Source of the DNA: a virus
IMG/VR virus record: IMGVR_UViG_3300045988_053311
Strand: one strand, 5' to 3'
DNA: 46,198 nucleotides
The notes below the pieces were generated by a model that was not told where the DNA came from, did not search any database, and was given only the letters and a program-made list of their open reading frames with translations. Positions 37,991-46,156 of this stretch are shown here, one piece after another. A program made the position numbers and the translations under genes. Positions within the stretch are counted from its first letter, which is position 1. Every line of letters starts with the position of its first letter.

Positions 37991-39090
37991 TTTGCCACCT
38001 CCGCTAAAGATATTACATATTCCTCAGAACTTGGTATAGGGATTCTGTAATCATCACCGTGACTGTTTTTAAATGTCAGTGTACCGCCTGCTTCAACTTC
38101 AAGAGGATCTTGGAATGTATCTCCCATAATGTCTGATATATCAATTGTCCTGTCCCCTTTGTGATATTTCTTTTCCACAAAATCAACAAAATTCCCACTC
38201 TCTCCATAACCATCTAGGTCAAGAATGGCTTGTGGGATTGGATATGATGTTTCTTGATTTTTGGTATCTAAATATATAACTTCATTCACAGAAGCACTCA
38301 TCAGTTCACCTGCATTATACGGATAATAGTCTGCTGGAAACATAGCTTCGAATTCCTCTGGGGTGGATGGTTCGTTACCTGCGCCGAACATTTGTGTGAG
38401 GTCAAAAATATTCATTCGCATCGTAACGTTATCCACGGTTACTTTGTCTTTTACAAATATTACTGGATTAAAAGCGTAACTAATAATTATTGCTTTTTTT
38501 AGTGGGGAAGTCCTGCCGTTAATTGCAAAACCATAATTTCCATCAGAATATTTATCGGCTTTAACTAAATATTTATGACCTGATACATATTTTGATGCAA
38601 ATAAATATACGATTGTATTAATTCCTTCATCGTTAGATACACTGCAAGTTCCATTTATTGTCCACGAACCATCCTTATTGTTTATAAAAGAAATACCATT
38701 TTTCGTAATAGATTGCTCATTATTTAAATTCAACTGATTCCAAACAATCGTCTTACCTCCGATGCTTTTAATGCTTGCTACTTTCGCACCACTTGGAACC
38801 GTTTTCTGGTAAGCTTCCGCATCATCTGTCTGAAATTCATAGCTGATACCCTGATTGAGTTTCCAGAGTGCATCGAGTTTTCTGTCAGTTTTGACAAGGG
38901 ATGTTTTATCGGCTTTAGATATTAAATCTTCCTTTAGCGACTTAACTGCGTCACCAGTTGCTTTCGCATCAGCAAATCCACCGTCTACGGATAGGGTTTT
39001 ATCTGATACGTATTCCGGCGTAATTCCTTCTCTTGCAAACGTTCTTTTTTTTCCATCTGCTGTGATTATTCCCTTGAATGTATCAGCCAT
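37987..39090 (-). CDS. Fibre / receptor-binding-like protein (367 aa) located in the head module
   Basis: The N-terminus, TLSVDGGFADAKATGDAVKSLKEDL, is the motif seen at the start of phage fibre and appendage proteins. It is followed by a beta-rich globular part. Confidence 0.7.
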   Translation of the reverse strand: MADTFKGIITADGKKRTFAREGITPEYVSDKTLSVDGGFADAKATGDAVKSLKEDLISKADKTSLVKTDRKLDALWKLNQGISYEFQTDDAEAYQKTVPSGAKVASIKSIGGKTIVWNQLNLNNEQSITKNGISFINNKDGSWTINGTCSVSNDEGINTIVYLFASKYVSGHKYLVKADKYSDGNYGFAINGRTSPLKKAIIISYAFNPVIFVKDKVTVDNVTMRMNIFDLTQMFGAGNEPSTPEEFEAMFPADYYPYNAGELMSASVNEVIYLDTKNQETSYPIPQAILDLDGYGESGNFVDFVEKKYHKGDRTIDISDIMGDTFQDPLEVEAGGTLTFKNSHGDDYRIPIPSSEEYVISLAEVAK

Positions 39091-39337
39091 TATTATTTCC
39101 CTCCGTTGCTTTCAAACTCACATACCCATCTGCGTCAATATCAAGCCCAACGCCCTTATCGGACAGGTATGTCTGGACTGCTTCTGCTATAGCTTCTTTA
39201 CTGGTTCCGATTCCGTCTATACAGAGTTTATACAGATACTTCTCTTTTCGCGTGATCGGTTTTGGAATTTCACCTGTGTAATCACCTGTCAAGTACGCAA
39301 GATACTTTTCTTCCCTTGTTACTGGTTTATCTGCCAT
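39083..39337 (-). CDS. Small protein with duplicated P.TR.EKYL motif (84 aa)
   Basis: PVTREEKYLAYLTG and PITRKEKYLYKLCI form an internal repeat of the kind found at N-termini of some Gram-positive phage fibre or hyaluronidase proteins. Confidence 0.6.
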   Translation of the reverse strand: MADKPVTREEKYLAYLTGDYTGEIPKPITRKEKYLYKLCIDGIGTSKEAIAEAVQTYLSDKGVGLDIDADGYVSLKATEGNNNG

Positions 39338-39343
39338 CTTTTT

Positions 39344-40789
39344 TTACTCCTCTCCGAATAGTGCTGGCTCGTCTGGCTGAGCTTCTTTGACCATTGCCTT
39401 TGCTTCAGATTCCGTCATTCCTTCAAACTTCACGAAGTACATCCATGCCGGAACCTTGCCAGTGGTCACATACTGCCACCATCTAGCACGGTCGTTTTCA
39501 CGCACATACAGAATGTCTCCGAAATCATAATTGACTTCATAAGCCCCAACCGGTGCAAGCCCGTACAAATCAGCGTAAACGTTCAATGCGTAAATAACTT
39601 CGTTCAAACAGGATTCCAGTTTATCTCGAACGTCTTTGATAAACTGCACTGTCCTCTGCTGTTCTGCTTCCACTCCTGTAGCTGTCTGAATGCCGCTAGA
39701 TTCGTTAAAAACGAAGTACCCGTTGGAGAATCCAATCTTGTACCCTAACTGGCTTAAAAGGGCATTTATGCCGCTTATACGGGTATCTGTGTTGAGAATT
39801 GGATTGATTTCTTGATAGAACTCTTTCTTATCCTGCCCGAATACGTTTTTCACATAATCTGGTAAGCTCATTTCTAAGCATCTATGTTCCATTGCCTGTG
39901 GTGTCATAGCGGAGACAGGTGAGCCACTCGGCATCAACAATCTGTCATCTGCCAGAACAGTTCGCTTAGAATCAAGAATTTCTTTTGCGTTCCTGCTATA
40001 TGCAATGTCGAGGTCTTTTAACTCCTCAATGGCTTCGGCAAATATCGGAAGTCCCAGTGGCGTACTAATATCCACGTTATTTGCCTGCGGTGTCCGCAGT
40101 ACTCCGTACAGAGGCCCGTCCAGCTTCTCACCGTTCGCCTTAAGAATCGGCGGAGTGTCTGCCATTAGGTCAGCCCACTTTGTCTGTTTAAGGTCAATCT
40201 TATCGCCAATGCTCTGAGGGGATTTTGACACATAGGCTCTATTAGAAACATAATACGGATAGGTTGTCACTCCGTCCACTGTTGTCTCAACAAACCTATG
40301 ATATTCAAGCCGTGTATAATATTTCCGTCCAACCGTATAAGAATCCTTGAATATAATCCCTTTGATTTCCTGATTATCGTAATCTACAATCATCACATCA
40401 GCCGGTGTAAATACGTCAAGGCTCTCACCGTTTGGTTTAATAAATACTGTTCCGTAGGCACAGCCGTACTCTACCCAGTGCCGAATCTGGAAGTATACCT
40501 TGTCAATCTGTTCCTGCAACCATGTTGCCCTTGCAGAACCATCTATCTGAATGCCTATCGCCAGTGTTGCGAGCCGAGCTGTCTCTGAGCAGACAGATTT
40601 CGCGAAATTAATTGTCTTGATATTATTCTTATCATCTAACCAGTATGGAACGCTTCGATATATGTTTGCACATTTATTAATCAACGATTCCATTTCTGGA
40701 AATTCTGCTGCCTGGATATTAAAGTCCTCTTCGGCTTGTTTTTTGAAAATCATGTTAAACCACCTTTTTAGTGTTGTTGTAAGTCCCAT
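39344..40789 (-). CDS. Portal protein (SPP1 gp6-like)
   Basis: 481 aa, positioned between terminase and head genes. An alternative start, MIFKKQAEEDF at 40753, has RBS AAAGGTGG. Confidence 0.8.
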   Translation of the reverse strand: MGLTTTLKRWFNMIFKKQAEEDFNIQAAEFPEMESLINKCANIYRSVPYWLDDKNNIKTINFAKSVCSETARLATLAIGIQIDGSARATWLQEQIDKVYFQIRHWVEYGCAYGTVFIKPNGESLDVFTPADVMIVDYDNQEIKGIIFKDSYTVGRKYYTRLEYHRFVETTVDGVTTYPYYVSNRAYVSKSPQSIGDKIDLKQTKWADLMADTPPILKANGEKLDGPLYGVLRTPQANNVDISTPLGLPIFAEAIEELKDLDIAYSRNAKEILDSKRTVLADDRLLMPSGSPVSAMTPQAMEHRCLEMSLPDYVKNVFGQDKKEFYQEINPILNTDTRISGINALLSQLGYKIGFSNGYFVFNESSGIQTATGVEAEQQRTVQFIKDVRDKLESCLNEVIYALNVYADLYGLAPVGAYEVNYDFGDILYVRENDRARWWQYVTTGKVPAWMYFVKFEGMTESEAKAMVKEAQPDEPALFGEE

Positions 40790-41247
40790 TACGCACTCAC
40801 GCCCCAGTATTTTATCTCACCCTGTCTACGTGCTTCTGCTGCTTCTTCAAGCGTGTCATGCCTGCCTAGATCAACTTTTTTATTATCTACATAGATTGTT
40901 GCTCTATATTTCCCTCTGTCCATGGAAACACCAGTAACACCAGTTGAATTTATTTTTTCCATTCTTTTGTTTCTTGCCTGCTGAGTCCATGTTGCCCATC
41001 TGCAATTTTCTGGCGAATAGTCCGAATTTGTGTCTATTCTGTCAATACTCAAATTATCAGCATATCCATTTTCTAATGCCCATAGAACAAACGCTTCTGA
41101 ACTTTTATTCCATTCTTTGCAAACCTTTATTCCTCTTCCGCCATAGTCTTCATAATCTTTGTCATTGGGGTTATTGCATCTCTGACGAATTCCCTGCCAG
41201 ATTTTATATATTCGTCTATATTTTAGGCTATATCCTCTTTTAAGCAT
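40789..41247 (-). CDS. HNH-like (DRID...N...N) + AP2-domain homing-endonuclease-like protein; paralogue of 28558..29184
   Basis: Start refined to MLKRGYSLKYRRIYKIWQGIRQRCNNP...YGGRGIKVCKEW...WALENGYADNLSIDRIDTNSDYSPENCRWATWTQQARN. The C-terminal part, GVTGVSMDRGKYRATIYVDNKKVDLGRHDTLEEAAEARRQGEIKYWG, is AP2-like. The gene is wedged between TerL and portal, with overlaps at both ends. Confidence 0.75.
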   Translation of the reverse strand: MLKRGYSLKYRRIYKIWQGIRQRCNNPNDKDYEDYGGRGIKVCKEWNKSSEAFVLWALENGYADNLSIDRIDTNSDYSPENCRWATWTQQARNKRMEKINSTGVTGVSMDRGKYRATIYVDNKKVDLGRHDTLEEAAEARRQGEIKYWGVSA

Positions 41248-42805
41248 TAGTCCCTCTTCTCCTCCATAATGATTCTGTTGCGTATCTACAAGCATCGACT
41301 AAATGGTTGTTCTCGTCAGGATATCCACTTATAACGTTTCCATCTTTGTCTCTTTCATATTCGTACTCTGAAAACTCTTTGTAAGCGTTAGGTGTTCTTT
41401 TGGGGTCAATAACAATAGTTCTTGTCTGAAGCCATTTCATAGAATACTCCACACTTCCAGGCCCTTTTATCGCACCCCTTGCTGGAAGTCCAAAGTCTCT
41501 ATAATCATTGATTGATTTAGGCTCCGCAGAATCGCAAGTAATAGTATAATCATCGTATTTTCTTTTTAGAATCTCGTCTGCTGATTTCCTATTACTCCAT
41601 TTATTTTCGTAAATTTCATCAATGAGATATATCTTTTCAGTGTTATGATTGTAATACAAACGAATAAAAGCATACGGATCAGGGAAAAATCCCCAGTCAC
41701 ACCCCTGAAATATTTTGTCCATGCGGCTAATCTCTTCATCTGTAATATCTCTAATCTCCAGATATTCAAATACGTTTCCGCCGTCACCATTCGGAACGCC
41801 CAAGTATTCATGCTCATAGGCTTCTGGATTGATTTCTTTCAGATGCGCTGCATCGTCAATAAACTTCTGTCCGAGCCACTCCGCCGGAGCTTCCAGATAA
41901 CTCGAATGATGGATAACTCTTTTCGGGTTAGGCGTGAGCTTGATCCTGTTTACCCAGTTTGATTTTGATTTTGGTGGGTTATATGATGAAAAATCATAGG
42001 ATTCATCGCCACCACGAAGCACTGACTGATTAACAGAACGTTCCTGAGCATCTCCCTTCATTTGATCCTTTTCCTCTTTCCAGAGGATTCCGATATGTCC
42101 AAACTCCGGCTTAATAGATTTTAGCTTGGTTTCATCATCCAGACCACGGAAGTATATTGTCTGTCCCGTCTTAATATACTTGATCTCAAGTGGCGACACT
42201 TTGCATTCAAATTCTTCCATCAATCCCAGTTCGTTGATAGCCCATTTCATGTTAGCGTATACAGAATCTTTCAGAGTACCGGCCACCTGTCTTGTAATGC
42301 AGGCGTGCATCTGAGGATTATTCTTGATAAGTTCAACAATCTTAAAAGCCACAAATGAAGATTTCAGACCACCTCGACCGCCCTCGAATACATATTCAAT
42401 ATTGGGCTTAATCTGTCGGTTAATATCCACGAATGCCTTGCCAAGTACTCTGGCAGGAAGTTCATATTTTTCATCATCGTCTTTTGAAGCTGCTGTTAGC
42501 TGCTCCCATTTTTCGATAGCCTGTATATTTCCATCTGCCGCTTTTTTATACAGAGAAGTTGCTACGACTGCCATGTTATTTGCGTCTTCGTCAGCAATCC
42601 CCATTTTTGCAAGTTTCTTTTTTGCAGTACTTGATGCAGGACTTTCGGCTATAATTTTTACATAATCAGAAAGGGCTTTTTTTTGTCGCCTAGAATATCC
42701 AGATGCAATACCGCCTTTTTGTCCGTTTCTCACGGCTTCCTCACGGCTTTGATTGCTTGTAAATGGTTTTAAATTTTCCTCGTTTGCCATCCTATCAACA
42801 TCCAA
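41240..42805 (-). CDS. terL: Terminase large subunit (PBSX/XtmB-like) with a roughly 110-aa N-terminal extension resembling a small-subunit DNA-recognition domain
   Basis: The Walker-A-like VFEGGRGGLKSS lies near aa 140 rather than about aa 30. The C-terminal nuclease region includes DENNHLVDACRYA. The N-terminus, NLKPFTSNQSREEAVRNGQKGGIASGYSRRQKK...GNIQAIEKWEQL, looks like TerS proteins. Confidence 0.85.
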   Translation of the reverse strand: MDVDRMANEENLKPFTSNQSREEAVRNGQKGGIASGYSRRQKKALSDYVKIIAESPASSTAKKKLAKMGIADEDANNMAVVATSLYKKAADGNIQAIEKWEQLTAASKDDDEKYELPARVLGKAFVDINRQIKPNIEYVFEGGRGGLKSSFVAFKIVELIKNNPQMHACITRQVAGTLKDSVYANMKWAINELGLMEEFECKVSPLEIKYIKTGQTIYFRGLDDETKLKSIKPEFGHIGILWKEEKDQMKGDAQERSVNQSVLRGGDESYDFSSYNPPKSKSNWVNRIKLTPNPKRVIHHSSYLEAPAEWLGQKFIDDAAHLKEINPEAYEHEYLGVPNGDGGNVFEYLEIRDITDEEISRMDKIFQGCDWGFFPDPYAFIRLYYNHNTEKIYLIDEIYENKWSNRKSADEILKRKYDDYTITCDSAEPKSINDYRDFGLPARGAIKGPGSVEYSMKWLQTRTIVIDPKRTPNAYKEFSEYEYERDKDGNVISGYPDENNHLVDACRYATESLWRRRGTNA

Positions 42806-42826
42806 TCATATCCTTTCTGAATTAAA

Positions 42827-42877
42827 ACACCCTAGCATAGTTATAGTTATATATACTATAATACCATACTAGGGTGT
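42827..42877. promoter_or_regulatory. 9-bp-stem inverted repeat with 33-nt AT-rich loop immediately upstream of terL
   Basis: ACACCCTAG (42827-35) pairs with CTAGGGTGT (42869-77). The loop is CATAGTTATAGTTATATATACTATAATACCATA. On the minus strand it is followed by TTTTAATT. Confidence 0.5.
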
Positions 42878-42915
42878 ACGTAGCTCTCTACCACTTTTAT
42901 AAATTTTTAAGTTTT

Positions 42916-43212
42916 TTAAAGTCTGCCAATCAATTTTGCCAAATGATAATATTCCGCCATGACCTTGCGTTTGTATCCATAGAAGTCATTTTCAGATACT
43001 GGCATATCTCTGAATCGTTCCATTGTCCGGTATCCTATGCAGTTCACTATGCTGTCATATATCTGCGTTTCTATACCTGGTGCATATTTGATTGATACTT
43101 GCAGAAGATTATATTTGTCATTCTCGTCAAGGTGTCTGAAATGACTTTGAAGTGCCGGTATATCATCCGGCGGCACTCCATAGTCGGTTAGTGTAGCTTT
43201 TCTAAGATTCAT
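42916..43212 (-). CDS. 98-aa protein, paralogue of 45842..46156 (candidate late regulator or packaging accessory protein)
   Basis: The two share L.DYG.P..DI..L ... DFYGY.RK with the other copy. It is the last gene before terL. Confidence 0.65.
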   Translation of the reverse strand: MNLRKATLTDYGVPPDDIPALQSHFRHLDENDKYNLLQVSIKYAPGIETQIYDSIVNCIGYRTMERFRDMPVSENDFYGYKRKVMAEYYHLAKLIGRL

Positions 43213-43217
43213 TTATT

Positions 43218-43505
43218 TCACTCCTCCCAATCTAATTTCTGTCCGCACTTGTTGCAATAAAAATCCGATATATAAAGTTCTTCTATATTACAAACCGGAC
43301 AGTTACCTTTTGTTATATAATATCTGCCAGAAAAATCGGAAATAGTTTTCATGTTATTTGGCTTCATTGGGGTCTGCTTTTCTAACGCTTTAACTGCTAA
43401 TTCTAATGCTTCACGGTACTCAATAATTTCTGGTACATTCGACCAGACCCTTTTAGTTAAGCCGATACGTTCCTGTAAGATTTTAATTGCTTCTTCTGGT
43501 TTCAT
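43218..43505 (-). CDS. Zinc-ribbon protein (95 aa)
   Basis: CPVCN...CNKCGQKL lies at the C-terminus. ORF track. Confidence 0.6.
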   Translation of the reverse strand: MKPEEAIKILQERIGLTKRVWSNVPEIIEYREALELAVKALEKQTPMKPNNMKTISDFSGRYYITKGNCPVCNIEELYISDFYCNKCGQKLDWEE

Positions 43506-43506
43506 G

Positions 43507-43680
43507 TTAATCCTCCCATTCTTCGCAATAATCGTCTAATGCAACCGTTTTTCCGTTTTCTTTCGATTTACTATTCCTGCAAAAGAAATCTCTGAAATCC
43601 ACATTGAATCTGCAATATTTGCATGTGTTACATGTTTTCACTGGCATTTTCTTTTTAAAACGGTTAAATATTTTAAACAT
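43507..43680 (-). CDS. Small Cys-rich protein (57 aa)
   Basis: Start refined to MFKIFNRFKKKMPVKTCNTCKYCRFNVDFRDFFCRN. Confidence 0.5.
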   Translation of the reverse strand: MFKIFNRFKKKMPVKTCNTCKYCRFNVDFRDFFCRNSKSKENGKTVALDDYCEEWED

Positions 43681-44233
43681 TTCGCATCTCCTCCAACTTC
43701 TTCTCAGCTTCTTCAAGAGTAAGGAATAAAAATTTGCCAAATTCATTGTCAAAATATCTGCAACAACATCCCCTTTTTCCAACTGGCTCTGCAAAGTAAC
43801 ATATATTTCCAAATATGCTTGGACAGATTTCTATTTTTTTAATTTGACATTTTGTATAATGACTGTCTCCTGGAAAAAAGCAAAAAACTTCTGTTCCAAC
43901 CTTACACGGCAATCTCACAAGCAAGCCCTGTTCTTCTAAGTCTTTATAAGACTTTAACTCTTCCAACAGTTCTGCAACATCTTTCAACCAATACAATTCT
44001 CCATCTTCAAAACAACATCCATAAGTATTTTGATAATACGGGCATCCAACCGCTTCCTTCCCGCTAATATAATCTCTTAAATCCTCGCCAGTTTCACATA
44101 AAATGCGTTTATGCTTTTCGTCCTCTATATGCATAAAGTTTTCGTGATCCGCGTAGCAATCACCCTCAGCATCTTGGCTGGCAACGCATTTAAGGGCTTT
44201 TATCATATCGTCAATTATTATCTTTTCCATCAT
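43673..44233 (-). CDS. Cys-rich hypothetical protein (186 aa)
   Basis: ORF track. It has many Cys residues (CPYYQNTYGCCF, GCCCRYF) and is coupled to its neighbours. Confidence 0.6.
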   Translation of the reverse strand: MMEKIIIDDMIKALKCVASQDAEGDCYADHENFMHIEDEKHKRILCETGEDLRDYISGKEAVGCPYYQNTYGCCFEDGELYWLKDVAELLEELKSYKDLEEQGLLVRLPCKVGTEVFCFFPGDSHYTKCQIKKIEICPSIFGNICYFAEPVGKRGCCCRYFDNEFGKFLFLTLEEAEKKLEEMRNV

Positions 44234-44778
44234 TCCACCTCTTTCAGCTTCTCCACCGCTAGCTTCAAAGACTCAACAAATTCATCATTTAATGCTGCGC
44301 GGTCTGGATTCTCGATAAATTTTTCAAAAATGTCAATTGCTTTACTCCGGGATTGAATGCCTGTTTTCACAATTTCAAGAAGTTTATCTATATTATTTCC
44401 CCAATTACGGGTATCGCACAAATAATTGTTACACTTATTATTTCTTTTATTCAACACACATCCTATACATTCACGTTCGCAACAATTGCTTACATCTGCA
44501 ATCCGTTCAGCAAATTCTCTTGCTGTCATTTCTTTTGTTCCGAGGAGTTCTGACGCTTCGTAGAAAGTTGAGTCTGGGCCAATATGTGCTTCGCGGGCAA
44601 CATCTTTGTCTTCATAAAATTTTAAAATGTCTGGAAAATATTGTGTTTGTAATGGCTCACAATGGTCTTTTCTATACCAATGAAATTCCTGTTTCTCAGC
44701 TTCTTTGAGAAGCATTTCATTTTCTTCTTTTGTTCTAACCAGAATACATGTATTTCTTAAATCAATCATCTGCTTCAC
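44230..44778 (-). CDS. Cys-rich hypothetical protein (182 aa)
   Basis: ORF track. Contains NCCERECIGCVLNKRNNKCNNYLC. RBS GAGGTGA lies upstream. Confidence 0.6.
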   Translation of the reverse strand: MKQMIDLRNTCILVRTKEENEMLLKEAEKQEFHWYRKDHCEPLQTQYFPDILKFYEDKDVAREAHIGPDSTFYEASELLGTKEMTAREFAERIADVSNCCERECIGCVLNKRNNKCNNYLCDTRNWGNNIDKLLEIVKTGIQSRSKAIDIFEKFIENPDRAALNDEFVESLKLAVEKLKEVE

Positions 44779-44779
44779 C

Positions 44780-44956
44780 TCACAAAAATATATTCTTTTC
44801 TTCGCGCTTTTTCGCGCATTCTTCGCAAATAAAAATTGCTTTCGGATGTCTAAAACAGCTATCAGTAAGTATCAGATAATCCGGTTTATACACTGTGGTT
44901 TTCCATTTGCCACAAACATTACACTTTTTCACAGTTTCGTTTATATTTATTGCCAT
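44780..44956 (-). CDS. Zinc-ribbon mini-protein (58 aa), below ORF-track cutoff
   Basis: Hand translation gives MAININETVKKCNVCGKWKTTVYKPDYLILTDSCFRHPKAIFICEECAKKREEKNIFL. RBS GGGGAG lies upstream. Confidence 0.45.
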   Translation of the reverse strand: MAININETVKKCNVCGKWKTTVYKPDYLILTDSCFRHPKAIFICEECAKKREEKNIFL

Positions 44957-44959
44957 CCA

Positions 44960-45229
44960 TCATTCTCCCCCTGTAATCTCATCAATACACTGGTTCCAAC
45001 CCTCTACAAATCCTGCATCAAATGTATTAGCTGGATAATCTCCATTGTCTTTCTCTGGCAAGTCCATAAGTGGACACCAATCAGGGATTGATTCTACTTC
45101 TCCGTCTAACGTTGACTTTCCTGCAATCGGGCAAAAAACACAGGTTTCTATAATGCTGCTATAATTCTGTCCGATTTCGCAATCTATACATCGTTCTGGT
45201 GTATCTATCACTAATACTGATTTACTCAT
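44960..45229 (-). CDS. Cys-rich hypothetical protein (89 aa)
   Basis: Start refined to MSKSVLVIDTPERCIDCEIGQ, with RBS AGGAGGAG 4 nt upstream. Confidence 0.6.
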   Translation of the reverse strand: MSKSVLVIDTPERCIDCEIGQNYSSIIETCVFCPIAGKSTLDGEVESIPDWCPLMDLPEKDNGDYPANTFDAGFVEGWNQCIDEITGGE

Positions 45230-45638
45230 CTGACTCCTCCTGCAATAATTCTGGATTGTCGAAAATGTTTCCAACTACTTCATAATGTTCCAGATCGAAT
45301 TTATCAAGATATTGTCTGTCTATACTATCAGTTTCGCACCCTACCCATCCGGCAACATTCCATTCAACAGTTTCATATGTCACATCTTCTGGGTAGGATT
45401 CGTCCAAGTGTGCCATCAAAATATCATTTTCCCAAATTTTCTTCCCGTTCTTGTCGCAAAGTCCTGTGAACTGGCAGAGGGTTCCTGAGCTAACTTCCGC
45501 ATGATCAAATACTGTATGACCGTCTGCATAAAAGATTAAATGTTCTTCGTTTCCTAAAAAGTCATGTCTTTTCTGATAATACCCCTCAATCCATTCGCCG
45601 TCTTCAATCCGCTTTCCCTTGAAAAGAATCTCTTTCAT
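45222..45638 (-). CDS. YopX-family protein
   Basis: MKEILFKGKRIEDGEWIEGYY ... LCQFTGLCDKNGKKIWENDI ... YEVVGNIFDNPELL is the YopX signature. Confidence 0.8.
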   Translation of the reverse strand: MKEILFKGKRIEDGEWIEGYYQKRHDFLGNEEHLIFYADGHTVFDHAEVSSGTLCQFTGLCDKNGKKIWENDILMAHLDESYPEDVTYETVEWNVAGWVGCETDSIDRQYLDKFDLEHYEVVGNIFDNPELLQEESDE

Positions 45639-45841
45639 TCAACTCCACCGCCTTTCACGATTTCATCAATTGTTGCATCTCCTTCTATGCAATATTTTTC
45701 AAACAAATAATTCTCTAATTGCTCCACAACCTCATCCACATCAAAAACTGTCGGCTGTTCGTCAATAACTGCACCTATTGCAAAATCCATATCCGAATTT
45801 CCAAGAGAGTCAATTATTTTGTCTGCATCAATTAAACGCAT
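45635..45841 (-). CDS. Hypothetical acidic protein (68 aa)
   Basis: ORF track. It has an MRLIDADK-type N-terminus, which is common among small phage proteins of Firmicutes. Confidence 0.6.
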   Translation of the reverse strand: MRLIDADKIIDSLGNSDMDFAIGAVIDEQPTVFDVDEVVEQLENYLFEKYCIEGDATIDEIVKGGGVE

Positions 45842-46156
45842 TTATTCATCCTCCCACATTCCCAACAACCGCATCCTCTCATACAGTACAGCGACGGTCT
45901 TGCGTCTGTATCCGTAAAAGTCCTTCGGATTCATCGGGATATATCTTTCTCTGCTGATTTTCCTGTAACTTTTCCGGTGCAAGATATTCTCAATAACCAT
46001 ATCTGCTATCACCGTGTTTTTCGGGCAAGCTGACAAGGCGGCACTGGAAAGCAGGTATCCGTACTCTGCCGGAAAGTCTTTCAGCATCGCATTCAGTTTT
46101 TCAATGTCTTCTGCCGGAATACCGTAGTCTTTCAGCTTTTTGTTCCTTGTCAGCAT
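45842..46156 (-). CDS. 104-aa protein, paralogue of 42916..43212
   Basis: ORF track. Its start and RBS lie inside the terminal repeat. It shares KDYGIPAEDIEKL ... DFYGYRRK with the copy upstream of terL. Confidence 0.65.
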   Translation of the reverse strand: MLTRNKKLKDYGIPAEDIEKLNAMLKDFPAEYGYLLSSAALSACPKNTVIADMVIENILHRKSYRKISRERYIPMNPKDFYGYRRKTVAVLYERMRLLGMWEDE

